Of a DNA stretch of 64,000 bases, positions 37,128-46,884 are shown one piece after another (the stretch's first letter is position 1; each line of letters opens with the position of its first letter). The position numbers and the translations under genes were made by a program. The notes under the pieces are model-generated. The model saw nothing but the letters and a program-made list of their open reading frames with translations. It did no database searches and had not been told where the DNA came from. The DNA comes from a virus (Duplodnaviria; Caudoviricetes), in the IMG/VR virus record IMGVR_UViG_3300038393_003049, positions 6,167 to 70,166 of that record. One strand, 5' to 3'.

Positions 37128-39149
37128 TCAATCCAAGACGAGATTGAATCCGAGGAACTTCGAGATCTCGGCGTAGCTGGAGACCTGCGGGATCGGCGGC
37201 AGGTCGCGCAGCAGTTGATGGCCGTAGCCGACCTTGAGTCGCGGATCGAGCACGACGACGGCGCCGATGTCGTTGCGGTGCCGGATCAGCCGGCCGACGG
37301 CCTGCTGGAGCACGAGCGACGCATCCGGCAGCGACAGCTCGCGGAACGGGTCGAGCCCGGCGCGCCTGAGCTGCTCGCTGCGGACCTCGAACAGCGGCTC
37401 GTCCGGGCGGGGCATGGGGATCCGGACGACGATCAACAGCGACAGCGTCTCGCCTTGCGCGTCGAATCCGGTCATGAACGACCGGGTGCCGAACAGAACC
37501 GAATCGGTCTCCTGCTTGAACCGGCGGGCCAGCACCGGTACCGCGGCCTCGCCCTGGACCATCAGCGGGAACTTGATCTTCGAGCGGAGCTGGTCGGCGG
37601 CGGTGTTGAGCTGCTCGGTCGACGTGAACAACACGAGCGCTCGGCCGCCGGAGGCGTTGACCGCTTCGACGATGTGCTCGTGCACCGCCTCCCGCCAGTC
37701 CGTCGTGGTCTGTCCACGCGGGTCGGGTAGCGAAGGAATGAACAGCCGGGCCTGCCGCTGGAAGTCGAACGGGGTGCCGACGTCCAGCGAGGTGTACTGG
37801 TCGACGCCGAGCTGCCCGGCGATGTAGTCGAACCGGTGGTTGACGGCCAGCGTGGCCGACACCAGGACGACGGGAGTGCGGCTGAACAGCATTCGGCGCA
37901 GGAACGGCGCGACGGACACCGGGCAGGCCCGGATGGCCTTGACCTTCTCGTTCCTCCGGCGGCCGGGCTCCTCCTCGACCCAACGGACCAGGTCGGGATC
38001 GGAACCGAGCAGGGCGTCGAAGCGCTGGGTCGTGTTGGCCAGCCGGCTGTCCAGCATCCAGTAGCGCTTCGAGGCGCGCTGGTAGTCCTCCTCCTCGATC
38101 TCCTCCAGGTCCAGCGCGCGCCACGCCTTGCGCATCGCGCGCAGTGCCCGGGCGACGGCCGCCAGCTCGTCCACGTACCGGTTGAGGGTCGCGGTGCGGA
38201 TCCGCGCGGCCGGCAGCCCGTCGCGGCCCAGCAGGTCGGCACCGGCAGCGGTCAGATCCTGGGCGAGGCCGGCGAATTCGATCGCGGCATCCCGGTCACC
38301 GTAGCGGCTGACCCAGCCGGCGCAGTGGCTGGCCAGCGAAGAGAACGTGCCGGCGGTCATCCGGAAGCCGATCGTGTCGCCGGCCACCCTGGCCAGCTCG
38401 TGCGCCTCATCGGCGATCACGACGTCGTACTTGCCGAGCATCCCCGCCTCCGGATTGCCGGCCGACTTGATCACCAGGTCGGTGCACAGCAAGGAGTGGT
38501 TGACCACGACGATGCGCGAGCGGTGCGCCTTCAGCCGGGCGCGCTCGGCGTAGCAGCGGCCGAACTCCGGGTTGCGCCGGCAACTGGAGTTGGCGCACGC
38601 CTCGGCGTCGGACACCATCTGCGCCCACTCGTGGGACGGCACCTCGAAGGGCAGCTTGTCCAGCGTCCCGTCCCAGTCGGGGTTCGCGTCGGCGTACTGG
38701 ATGATCTCCGGCAGGGACGGCAGGTCGCCCTCGTAGGAGGTGGCCACCGAGGCGCACCAGTAGTTCCCGCGGCCCATGAGCACGCACCAGGGCACCTCGA
38801 CCCCGAGGTGCTCGGCCAGGAACGGCATGTCGAGGTCGGCGATCTGGGCCTGGAGGGCCTTGGTCGTCACCGAGACGATGACCCGGCTGCCGGACAGGAT
38901 CGCCGGGATCAGGTACAGGATGGTCTTGCCGGTGCCGGTGCCCGCCTGCAGAAACAGGTGCCGGGGCTCGACGCCCGGCTTCGCCAGGCTGTCGAAGCCG
39001 GCGTGCGTGGCGAAGAACTCCTCGACCGCGGCGGCGCCGCGCTGCTGCTGCGGCCTGGGCTCATATCCTGGCAGTCGCTCGCGGAGAACTGCCTCAGCAT
39101 CAGCAAAAGTCTGCACGTGGGCTCCTTCTTGGCGAGATCGTTCCAGCAT
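37128..39149 (-). CDS. DinG/YoaA-family ATP-dependent helicase with Fe-S motif
   Basis: QAGTGTGKT, GRGNYWC, VVNHSLL, DEAHE, SATL, LVLFTS, GFDAQG, QAVGRLIR. Confidence 0.92.
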   Translation of the reverse strand: MLERSRQEGAHVQTFADAEAVLRERLPGYEPRPQQQRGAAAVEEFFATHAGFDSLAKPGVEPRHLFLQAGTGTGKTILYLIPAILSGSRVIVSVTTKALQAQIADLDMPFLAEHLGVEVPWCVLMGRGNYWCASVATSYEGDLPSLPEIIQYADANPDWDGTLDKLPFEVPSHEWAQMVSDAEACANSSCRRNPEFGRCYAERARLKAHRSRIVVVNHSLLCTDLVIKSAGNPEAGMLGKYDVVIADEAHELARVAGDTIGFRMTAGTFSSLASHCAGWVSRYGDRDAAIEFAGLAQDLTAAGADLLGRDGLPAARIRTATLNRYVDELAAVARALRAMRKAWRALDLEEIEEEDYQRASKRYWMLDSRLANTTQRFDALLGSDPDLVRWVEEEPGRRRNEKVKAIRACPVSVAPFLRRMLFSRTPVVLVSATLAVNHRFDYIAGQLGVDQYTSLDVGTPFDFQRQARLFIPSLPDPRGQTTTDWREAVHEHIVEAVNASGGRALVLFTSTEQLNTAADQLRSKIKFPLMVQGEAAVPVLARRFKQETDSVLFGTRSFMTGFDAQGETLSLLIVVRIPMPRPDEPLFEVRSEQLRRAGLDPFRELSLPDASLVLQQAVGRLIRHRNDIGAVVVLDPRLKVGYGHQLLRDLPPIPQVSSYAEISKFLGFNLVLD

Positions 39150-39159
39150 ACCATCGGAC

Positions 39160-39175
39160 TCTAAGGAAACCTAGA
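39160..39175. promoter_or_regulatory. Operator TCTAA-N6-(C/T)TAGA
   Basis: GGAC-TCTAA-GGAAAC-CTAGA-GTCC upstream of the DinG gene. Confidence 0.6.
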
Positions 39176-40045
39176 GTCCGGATCGCCGGGACGCATCTCC
39201 TCCTCGACCAGCCGCGCGTACTCCTCGGCGTGCCGTTCACGCAGCCGCTCCAATGCTCGCACGCGAGCGGCGTCCTCCCGCAACGGCACCGGATCGTCTC
39301 CGGCCAGCAACGACCTGGCGCCCGGAACGGCACCGCGGGCGCGGACCGCAGCCCAATCGACCGGACCGGCCAGCAGGTCATCGACATCGGAAGCCCGGTA
39401 CAGCGGCACCTGGACGTACCGACCGGCACGGAGTAGCCAGACTTCTTCGTGCCGGACCGGGAGGATCATCCCGCGCCGGACAAGGTGGTCGAAGTCGGCC
39501 CGGCGCAGCCCCATCTCCCGCTCGCACTGGTCGCGGCGCAGCAAGGTCTGCTCACGCTCGCGCCGGGGTCGGCCGGCGACCACGGCTTCGACTACGCCGC
39601 GGTCGAGCTGGTCCAGGACCCGCACGTCGTAGACGGGGTGCCGGTGCCACATCCCGAACGCCTGGAGGCCACCGCGTACGACCAGCTCCTCGACGTCGCC
39701 GGGCGTCACCTCCAGGCCGGTGCGCCAGGCAAGCCGCTCGGCAGCCTTGTGCCGGCCAACCGGCGGCTCGGCGCCGGTTGCGGCCAAGAGGCGCGGACGC
39801 ACTTCCGACACGATGACCTCGGCGAAGCCGATCGACCAGCGTTGCCATCGCCCCACCGAGGCGTCCGGCTCGGGAAGTAATTCGCCGAGTTGTTCGACCA
39901 TCCACCACTGCCAGTGTGTCAGCCCCAGCAACATCCGCAGCAGACCCGGGGTGTAGTACCCCGACGCCCGCGCGAGCTTCCGAGCGAGCCCCTCGGACTC
40001 GGAGCCGACGTAGTCCTCGCACTCGGCGGGGTCGACCTCGATCAC
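39161..40045 (-). CDS. Putative winged-helix repeat DNA-binding protein
   Basis: Repeated LV.RG.+....YxxxxxD units; shares VDWAAVRA..RSL with 48111-48746. Confidence 0.5.
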   Translation of the reverse strand: MIEVDPAECEDYVGSESEGLARKLARASGYYTPGLLRMLLGLTHWQWWMVEQLGELLPEPDASVGRWQRWSIGFAEVIVSEVRPRLLAATGAEPPVGRHKAAERLAWRTGLEVTPGDVEELVVRGGLQAFGMWHRHPVYDVRVLDQLDRGVVEAVVAGRPRREREQTLLRRDQCEREMGLRRADFDHLVRRGMILPVRHEEVWLLRAGRYVQVPLYRASDVDDLLAGPVDWAAVRARGAVPGARSLLAGDDPVPLREDAARVRALERLRERHAEEYARLVEEEMRPGDPDSRFP

Positions 40046-40545
40046 GCCACCGCCTCGGCCGGCGGGCACACGAGGTCGTCGACGGGGTGCATCCCCCGAC
40101 GCTCCAGCTCGCGCCGCAGCCGCCTGGCCGCCTCGGCGCCAACGAACCGCCGCAGCAGCGCCAGGTAGGCCCCAGCGAACTCGGGGCCGTGCGGGTCCAG
40201 GTCGAGCTGCCTGACCCTCCTGCGGGTCGCCCGGTGGGCCAGCTCGTGCAGGACCACGATCGGGGAACGGAAGTCCCGCGGCAGCTCGATCCGCCCGTCC
40301 CCGTAGCTGATCGCGCCCACCCCCGGGCGCGTCAGGACGAGGCGCGCGGTCAGGCCCGGCCAGGTCTGCTGCGTCCACCGGTCGGCGAGGACGGCGTCGA
40401 GGTAGAGGTGGGCGTCCGACGCCGTGAGCTGCAAGCGCCTCATGCCAGCGAGCTTGCCGGGAGGCCCGAGGTGGAACGCCTCCAGCTCGGCCTCGTACAG
40501 GATCGCGGCCAGGCCCGTCGGCTCAGGGAGCTTGGGACGCTTCAT
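40042..40545 (-). CDS. HExxH metallohydrolase (Rv0185/TIGR04338-like)
   Basis: VVLHELAH...HGPEFAGAYLALLRRFVG. Confidence 0.7.
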   Translation of the reverse strand: MKRPKLPEPTGLAAILYEAELEAFHLGPPGKLAGMRRLQLTASDAHLYLDAVLADRWTQQTWPGLTARLVLTRPGVGAISYGDGRIELPRDFRSPIVVLHELAHRATRRRVRQLDLDPHGPEFAGAYLALLRRFVGAEAARRLRRELERRGMHPVDDLVCPPAEAVA

Positions 40546-40724
40546 CGGAAGTCGCCCGGACCCAGCGTCAGGTCGACCACGACCGGCGCGCCGTCCGGCC
40601 ACCGTTCGATGTCGACGCCGTGCTCGGGTACATGGGTGTGCACGTCGATGCCGCTGGCGTGGCACAGATGGCAGTGCGGCTGTGGACCGTCGTAGCCGCA
40701 GGAGCAGGCGTCGGAGTCGGTCAT
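40542..40724 (-). CDS. Small Cys/His-rich protein
   Basis: CSC...HCHLC; overlap-coupled. Confidence 0.45.
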   Translation of the reverse strand: MTDSDACSCGYDGPQPHCHLCHASGIDVHTHVPEHGVDIERWPDGAPVVVDLTLGPGDFR

Positions 40725-41014
40725 TACGTCACCCCCGGTTCAGCCTGACCGAGCGACCGAGCGATCGTCGGGTAGATGTCGGGGAACGATAGGCACGCGC
40801 CGATGACCTCGGCCAGGATTCGCGAGTCGCGCGGTACCTCCTGGTCGCAGCCGAAGCGGGCGCCGCGGACGAACCCCATGACGGCGGCCTCCCGGACCAG
40901 TGCCCGTTCCCGGTCGGTCAGTTGGGACAGGACAGCGGCGATCTCGTCGGCCCGCTGCTGCTCCCGGATCTGGAAGTACCGCAGCAGCCCTTCGGGCAAG
41001 TCAGTCGCGGTCAC
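40724..41014 (-). CDS. Hypothetical protein
   Basis: GTGA-coupled; LTDRERALVREAAVMG. Confidence 0.55.
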   Translation of the reverse strand: MTATDLPEGLLRYFQIREQQRADEIAAVLSQLTDRERALVREAAVMGFVRGARFGCDQEVPRDSRILAEVIGACLSFPDIYPTIARSLGQAEPGVT

Positions 41015-41496
41015 TGCGTGCCGTGCCCGAGTTCGGCGCGGACCCGGGCGTACGTGCGGTGCACCGGGTAGTGGGCGGGTGCACCGCATTCGGCGCAGCA
41101 GACCGAGTGCGGATGCTGCGAGATCCATTCGTGGGTGACCTTGTCGATGGCTTCGGCCAGGGCCGCGCACTCCGCCTCCAACGCGGCCGCCATGCCCCGC
41201 AGCCGCTCAACCTCCGGTGTAGGCGCGGCGGCGATGTAGGCGCCGCTGCCGAGCAGGCTGGCGGGCCACTGAGCGGCCTCGGCGAGGATGCGATCCAGCC
41301 GGCCAACCTCGGCGTCAGCGGTTGCCTGCTGGGCGAGCGACTTCGCCTCCGCCACCGATAGCCGCGCGACGGCCTCGCTGATGGCCTGGTCGTTCTCTGG
41401 GTGGCCGATCAGCGGCGCGGACCACTTCGGTGGCAATTCCGGCAGGTCGTGCGCCGGCTCGCAGCCGTCGCCGAAGTAGTGCGTACCATACCGCAT
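41011..41496 (-). CDS. Hypothetical protein
   Basis: C-terminal module shared with 49380-49769. Confidence 0.5.
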   Translation of the reverse strand: MRYGTHYFGDGCEPAHDLPELPPKWSAPLIGHPENDQAISEAVARLSVAEAKSLAQQATADAEVGRLDRILAEAAQWPASLLGSGAYIAAAPTPEVERLRGMAAALEAECAALAEAIDKVTHEWISQHPHSVCCAECGAPAHYPVHRTYARVRAELGHGTQ

Positions 41497-41626
41497 CACG
41501 ATCAGCTCCGATCTAGTTGGCCCGGCCCATCGACCCCTTCGGTCCAGAACACCTCGACGCGGTAGCCATCGTCCATCTGCCCGGACACGCGGTAGACGCC
41601 GAGCGCGGAGGTGTTGGTCAGCACGG

Positions 41627-42337
41627 TCATGTACTTCCCTCTCGCGACCGCCGATCCGCCAGTCGCTCCAGCGCGTTAACAATGACCTGGCCGGAGTCGG
41701 AAGGGTCGTGCGCCACTTCGTCAGCTACCGACGAATCCGCTACGCCAGCAGAACCGCCGGGAGGCTTAGGCGGCGAGCCAGACTGATCGGCGGCCGGCAC
41801 GTAGCCGCCTTCACGCGGTGCGATCCAGCCGCGCGGGCTCGCGAGAGGGCCGGGCGGGCGCGCTGCGGGCGCCGGCTCCACTGAACCGGACAACGCCCGG
41901 CGCATGTCCGGCGCGACGAACCCCTCGCCCTTGAACGCCATGCCACGCTCGTCCGGGCCGGATCGGGTCACGTTGGAGTCGCAGACCACCCCGGTCGCCC
42001 GGTCCAGGTCGAAGTCTCCGTTGACGGCCACCCCGAGCAGCCTGACGTGGACGTCGGCCGCCTCGCGCATCACCTTGAGCGAGTCGTACTCGCGCGGCCC
42101 GTCTGATCGATCGGAGAACGCCGCACACGCCTTCCTGACGAATCGACCGAGCGCCCGCTGAATCATGTCGTCGGGGAGGCCGACCACCAGCTCCGCAAAC
42201 AGCTCGCCCATCTCCTCGGCGAGCAGGCCGGCGCGCTCGTACCGGATCTGGTCCGACGGGGGCTGCGTCGGGTCGGTGCCGATGTAGAAGCCGAACTGCC
42301 CGTGGAAGGCCCGGACGCGGTTCTGGAGGTCACTCAC
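41627..42337 (-). CDS. MazG-like / PRA-PH nucleotide pyrophosphohydrolase
   Basis: VRAFH..F, LLAEEMGEL, EAAD, V..SN..+, G...KG..F..PD. Confidence 0.75.
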   Translation of the reverse strand: MSDLQNRVRAFHGQFGFYIGTDPTQPPSDQIRYERAGLLAEEMGELFAELVVGLPDDMIQRALGRFVRKACAAFSDRSDGPREYDSLKVMREAADVHVRLLGVAVNGDFDLDRATGVVCDSNVTRSGPDERGMAFKGEGFVAPDMRRALSGSVEPAPAARPPGPLASPRGWIAPREGGYVPAADQSGSPPKPPGGSAGVADSSVADEVAHDPSDSGQVIVNALERLADRRSREGST

Positions 42338-43235
42338 CGGAGACCTCCTGCGAGCCGCTGCCGGCGACGCCGGTCCCGAGGCAGTGCGGGCAACGCTTCA
42401 GCGCGGTCAACGCTTCGACCGCGGCGACCGCCTCGGCCCACTTCCGATCCCAGGTCCCGACCGCCTCGGCGAGCGTGGCGCCGGGGATGGATTCGGGCGC
42501 GAGCACGGTGACCCTGTCCCGGAACTTGCGTTCGACGCGGACCCGCTTGGTGCGCGACGGGGTGCCATTCCGGTTGGTGGCCGGTTGCGTCTCGACCATC
42601 GCCGGCTCGTACGGCACCTCGACAACGATTTCCAGGACATCGCGCTGCCGATAGTGGCCGTGCGCCGGCACGCCCAGGAAGGCGTGCTTGACGTACGGCA
42701 GGCCCTTCAGGTGGACCTTCAGAGCCTCGCCGTAGCCGTGCAGCTCGCCAGGGAACAGGTGCCGGTAGCACGGGTACTGAGACAGCGCGTACGGCAGCTC
42801 GGCAATCCAGGTGCCGGCGTGGGGCGGCGGCGGGGTGCCGTCCAGATCGATCAGCGCCGAGAGGTCCAGGGGCTCGCGCCACTCGCTGCCCGGGCGACTC
42901 ACTTCCTCGTAGAGCGCCCACTCGGCACTGTCGTCGCGCAAATCCCCCACGTCATCGTGGGTGCGCGACTTGAACTGTTCAACGGACAGCTCGACGGGGA
43001 ACCTGGGCGACGCCGCGTCAGGATCCCGAAGGCGGTACCCGATCGTCTCGGTGCGGCCCGGCCAGACCACCTCGGCGACGGACACCTTGTGGTCGGCCAC
43101 CCACCAGTCGGGTACCGTCGTCGACTGGGCCTGGTGGCCGTCGAACAGCAGCGTACTGGTGACGCCGACGGAGATGTTGTAGTACCAGCGGCCACCGGCC
43201 GGATCCCACAGCACATATCGAGACATTGCCTTCAT
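42330..43235 (-). CDS. Hypothetical protein
   Basis: 301-aa ORF with typical codon bias; C-terminal CPHCLGTG. Confidence 0.6.
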   Translation of the reverse strand: MKAMSRYVLWDPAGGRWYYNISVGVTSTLLFDGHQAQSTTVPDWWVADHKVSVAEVVWPGRTETIGYRLRDPDAASPRFPVELSVEQFKSRTHDDVGDLRDDSAEWALYEEVSRPGSEWREPLDLSALIDLDGTPPPPHAGTWIAELPYALSQYPCYRHLFPGELHGYGEALKVHLKGLPYVKHAFLGVPAHGHYRQRDVLEIVVEVPYEPAMVETQPATNRNGTPSRTKRVRVERKFRDRVTVLAPESIPGATLAEAVGTWDRKWAEAVAAVEALTALKRCPHCLGTGVAGSGSQEVSGE

Positions 43236-43328
43236 CCGATTGCCCTTTCCGTGGGGCAGACCATATCCTGGCGGGCGTACGCCCCGGTGCCGCCTCTCCG
43301 TCCGCAGGCGGCCCGGGGCACTGCTTTG

Positions 43329-43880
43329 TCAGCCGCGCTTCAGTACGTGCGGGACGCCGAACTCGCGGTAACAGGCCAACAGCGTCTTGCCGGCGTCCGC
43401 ACCGAGGAACCGCCGGACCAGCCCCAGGTAGGCGACGGCGAACTCCCGGCCGTGCGCCGGCCGGGAGTTGCGGACCATCGCGTGCGCCAGCTCGTGCAGG
43501 ATCACCCACTGGTTGCGGACGTGCTCCGGGGAAGGCCCGTTGGGCCGGTTGCCCAACCTCAGCTCCGGGACCAGCTTGCCGCGCACCTGCGTCGCGGCGA
43601 AGGTCGAGCCGCCACAGTTGGTCTTGATCACGACGACCTTGGTCGGCACCCCGCCGACCCAGCCGATCCAGCACGGCGCGCAGTGCCGGCGCCAGTGCGA
43701 GGACCGAACCACCTTCGTCGCGAACGCCTGCGCGGTCTCCTGCGTCCCGTCCAGCAACGGCACCTGCGGCGAGCGGCGGAATGCCTCGTCCTCCGCGTCG
43801 TACAGTCGCTCGGTCGGGCCGCCGGGGATGGTGGCAACCAGGCCGACCTCGGTGTGGCCGAACTCATCGACGGCGGTCAC
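43329..43880 (-). CDS. HExxH metallohydrolase (Rv0185/TIGR04338-like), second copy
   Basis: VILHELAH...HGREFAVAYLGLVRRFLG. Confidence 0.7.
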   Translation of the reverse strand: MTAVDEFGHTEVGLVATIPGGPTERLYDAEDEAFRRSPQVPLLDGTQETAQAFATKVVRSSHWRRHCAPCWIGWVGGVPTKVVVIKTNCGGSTFAATQVRGKLVPELRLGNRPNGPSPEHVRNQWVILHELAHAMVRNSRPAHGREFAVAYLGLVRRFLGADAGKTLLACYREFGVPHVLKRG

Positions 43881-44100
43881 CGGATGCCACCGAGCGAGCA
43901 GAAAACCGACCGCAGGGCACCGAGGAAGTCGTTGCCGGTCCGATGCAGGTCGGCCACCAACGGCGACGACTCACACGCCGCACAGTGGGCACCGCGGACA
44001 CGGGCCTGGGCGTTGGCCAGCTCCAGGCGCTCCAGTCGCCAGACCCGAGTGGCCAACGCAGTGCGCTCCTGGTAGCGACGCATCCGCTCGACGTCGAGCT

Positions 44101-44457
44101 TCACGTCTGCACCGAACCATCCACGGCCGGCACCGGCTCCGCCACTACCTCGGTTCCGGTGCCGGCCGACAACTTCCACACGGTCCCGTCATGGTCGACG
44201 ACCGTAAGCGCCCCAAGGAGCGTGTGGCCCGGGGTGAGCTGCTCCATAAGCGAGACGACCCAGCGGAGCTGCTCGATCAGCACGTCGAGGGCGATGTTGG
44301 CCGAGTCCCCCATCAGGGCCATCCCGCGAACGGGGTGGCGCTCCACCCGTACTCGGACCACCTCCCAGAGGGGGTCAACTCCGAGTGCGACCAGCTCTTC
44401 CTCGGTCAGCGGGGGCTCGATCTGGATCTCGCCTTGCACATCCAATCGGCTGATCAT
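44101..44457 (-). CDS. Hypothetical protein
   Basis: Overlap-coupled ORF. Confidence 0.5.
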   Translation of the reverse strand: MISRLDVQGEIQIEPPLTEEELVALGVDPLWEVVRVRVERHPVRGMALMGDSANIALDVLIEQLRWVVSLMEQLTPGHTLLGALTVVDHDGTVWKLSAGTGTEVVAEPVPAVDGSVQT

Positions 44458-44867
44458 CAGGACTGCATCCCTTCGACCTCGCAGGTCAGCATGACCTGCC
44501 GGCAGCAGTCGAACAGGTCCCGCCGCTGCTTGGCGGTGAGGGCGCGAACCTTCGGGAAGAACTCGATCAGCGTATCGTCCTCGTTGCGCCCGTCCCGTAC
44601 CGCCTTCAGCCCGATCCGCACCGGTTCGAGCATGACCTCAATCGGGTCGGCCGTCGATGACTCGGTCGGTTCGGGCAGGTCGGGTGGGACCTCCATCCGC
44701 AGCGGGCCGCGGAGGTTCTGCAGGTCCGTCCAGCTCGTCTGGTTGGGGTTCAGGCTGCCGCGGTACTTGCCGACACCGCGGTACTGCCACCCGCCGACTG
44801 CACGGACCCAGATCTGCCCGTCGCGGTCCCAGACCATCGGCTTCAGCGGGATGAGTTCGGGCATCAT
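44457..44867 (-). CDS. Hypothetical protein
   Basis: ATG with GGAG RBS; DRDGQIW..W motif. Confidence 0.5.
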   Translation of the reverse strand: MMPELIPLKPMVWDRDGQIWVRAVGGWQYRGVGKYRGSLNPNQTSWTDLQNLRGPLRMEVPPDLPEPTESSTADPIEVMLEPVRIGLKAVRDGRNEDDTLIEFFPKVRALTAKQRRDLFDCCRQVMLTCEVEGMQS

Positions 44868-45092
44868 GTCTCCGTTCGGTCGGCGGGTGGCGAGTCGCAG
44901 ACGCTACCGGCCGCGCCGGACCCGAGTAGTGCCGGCGGTCGGCGCGCCGCGGTGCGTGGTGGCGTCGTGGACCTTGGCCAGCGCGGTGGCCTCGGCCTGG
45001 GGGTGGGAGTGGGCACCGGTCTGGTTGCAGGCGGAACAGGTCACGTAGGGCATAGGGTCTCCTCGGGGCAGACAACAGATCCTGGCCTCCCG

Positions 45093-45121
45093 AGTCTAAC
45101 ATTCCTTAGAGACGGCGGCAA
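45093..45121 (-). promoter_or_regulatory. Leftward promoter overlapped by TCTAA-CATTCC-TTAGA operator
   Basis: Minus strand TTGCCG-17bp-TAGACT; operator at 45095-45110. Confidence 0.7.
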
Positions 45122-45171
45122 CATTTGGGTGCGTTGCGCCAGGTACCGCCGTTGGTAGGGTCGAACATCCC

Positions 45172-45741
45172 TTGACCGAAGCGGAGGCGACAATGGACGG
45201 CGTACCGGCGGCCTGGCTGAGCTGGCGCATCCCGGACGGCCGGGAGTGGGAGACCCGCGGGGAGTACCCGTACCGGCGTTACCGCGGCCGGGTGCCGTTA
45301 CCCGGCGGGGACAAGGGGTGGATCTTCGTCGCGGTCGACCAGCAGACCGGCCGGTACGTCTCGACCACGGCCGACAGCTACGAGGTCGCCCGGCGGCCGC
45401 AGCGGGTGGAGGACGCAGCGTTCCGCCGGCTGGAGGGCCGGCTGGAGCACGACGAACCGGCGCAGTGCATCGGGCCGGACTGCGAGGCGCCGGCCTGGGT
45501 GCGGTTCACGGTGACCAGCGGCGGCACGATGGCCGGTCGGGTCTGGTGGCCGGGGGACGTGGTGCTGGTCTGCCCGCGGCACGCGCACGACATCCAGCAG
45601 GCCCAGGATGCCCGGGCGTTGAACGAGCTGCCGGCGTGGCTGCGGCCGGATGCCCGCCCAACCGCTCGGGACGCGGAGTCTGGCCCCCTGGGGGACTCCA
45701 ATGAGCGGCAACGCCGAGTCGGGCTGGCGGCCGGCGCCTGA
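45172..45741 (+). CDS. Hypothetical protein
   Basis: Divergent ORF; C-terminal CxxxxC...CxxH. Confidence 0.5.
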   Translation: MTEAEATMDGVPAAWLSWRIPDGREWETRGEYPYRRYRGRVPLPGGDKGWIFVAVDQQTGRYVSTTADSYEVARRPQRVEDAAFRRLEGRLEHDEPAQCIGPDCEAPAWVRFTVTSGGTMAGRVWWPGDVVLVCPRHAHDIQQAQDARALNELPAWLRPDARPTARDAESGPLGDSNERQRRVGLAAGA

Positions 45742-46124
45742 CGCCCAGGAGGGCCGTGTGAGCGCGATCCAGGCGTAGGCCTTGGCTGGGCGTGGGTCAC
45801 GAACTCGCGGGCGGCATAGGCCCGCTCAGGGCCACGAGCAGGTGCCGCCGCTGCCGCACAGTTGCCGGGTCCGGCCGCAGCCGCACCACTGCACGAGGCA
45901 GAACCGGGCCAGCCCGGTCGCCGGGTCGATCACGTCCAGTTCGGTGCCGGTCTCGATGTTCAGCGCGGCCCGGGCGTCGGCCAGCGAGGTGCCGAGGTCG
46001 GCGTGCCGGACCCAGTCGCCTGCCTCCCGGGCGGCCTGGTGTCGCAGGCCCAGGTCGAGCAGCAGGAGCATCGAGGCGCGGGCCAGGCCGACGGGCCGGC
46101 CGTAGTAGCCGGTGGTTGCCGCGG

Positions 46125-46367
46125 TCACCTGGTCTGCCGCCAGGCGCGGAGGATGCTGACCAGCGCGAAAGACAGGGTCGCCAGCAGGCAGATCAAGTAG
46201 GACCGGGTCTGGATGCCGGCGTCGATCGAGTGCAATGCACCGAACACCAGCATCAGCACGTACGCCGTCTGGAACGCGGCAGCAGTGGCGAAAGCTCCGG
46301 TCACCCACAGCGGAGTCGACTCCTCCGGGAGGATGATGGTGACCTCTTCGACTCGGCTCGTTGTCAT
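46125..46367 (-). CDS. Small membrane protein
   Basis: Two hydrophobic helices; GAGG RBS and TAGGAT -10 upstream. Confidence 0.55.
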   Translation of the reverse strand: MTTSRVEEVTIILPEESTPLWVTGAFATAAAFQTAYVLMLVFGALHSIDAGIQTRSYLICLLATLSFALVSILRAWRQTR

Positions 46368-46421
46368 GTCCTCATCCTAGCGCATCGTAGACAGTCCGTC
46401 TATGACTCTTCGTCTCACAGG

Positions 46422-46703
46422 TTACTGCCGCCGCCAGGCCCGGATCCGGAGGAAGCCGAACCGGACCAGCAGGAACCCCTCGACGGCCGCCGCGAGGAAC
46501 CAGTACGGCGGCGCCGGCACTCGCCAGTACCACTCGTGGGCGCCGCTCAGGATGACCATCAATGCCCAGGTGACGACCGCACCCAACGCCAGGTCGATGG
46601 CCAGGTTCGTCAGCTCGATCGGCCAGTCGACGGCCGTCCGGTCCGTGGACTGTGCTGCGGCTTCGTCCATCTCGTCCCCCTTGTCACCTGCGTTCACGGT
46701 CAT
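46422..46703 (-). CDS. Small membrane protein
   Basis: Two hydrophobic helices. Confidence 0.55.
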   Translation of the reverse strand: MTVNAGDKGDEMDEAAAQSTDRTAVDWPIELTNLAIDLALGAVVTWALMVILSGAHEWYWRVPAPPYWFLAAAVEGFLLVRFGFLRIRAWRRQ

Positions 46704-46709
46704 GGAGGA

Positions 46710-46738
46710 ACTCTAACATTCCTTAGACGGAGCGTCTA
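46710..46738 (-). promoter_or_regulatory. Leftward promoter overlapped by TCTAA-CATTCC-TTAGA operator
   Basis: Minus strand TAGACG-17bp-TAGAGT; operator at 46712-46727 is identical to the 45095 copy. Confidence 0.7.
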
Positions 46739-46884
46739 CCATCCGCCGGTTCTCCCTGATAGGGAGATGCGGCGTCGCCGGATACCGCTGTGACGGGAAC
46801 CGGCGTAGTCTTCGACGAGAAGTGGCCCCGCGGTGACGGAATCACCCGGGGCCGTGAGCGCCACCCAACCAGGAAGGATGCGCT

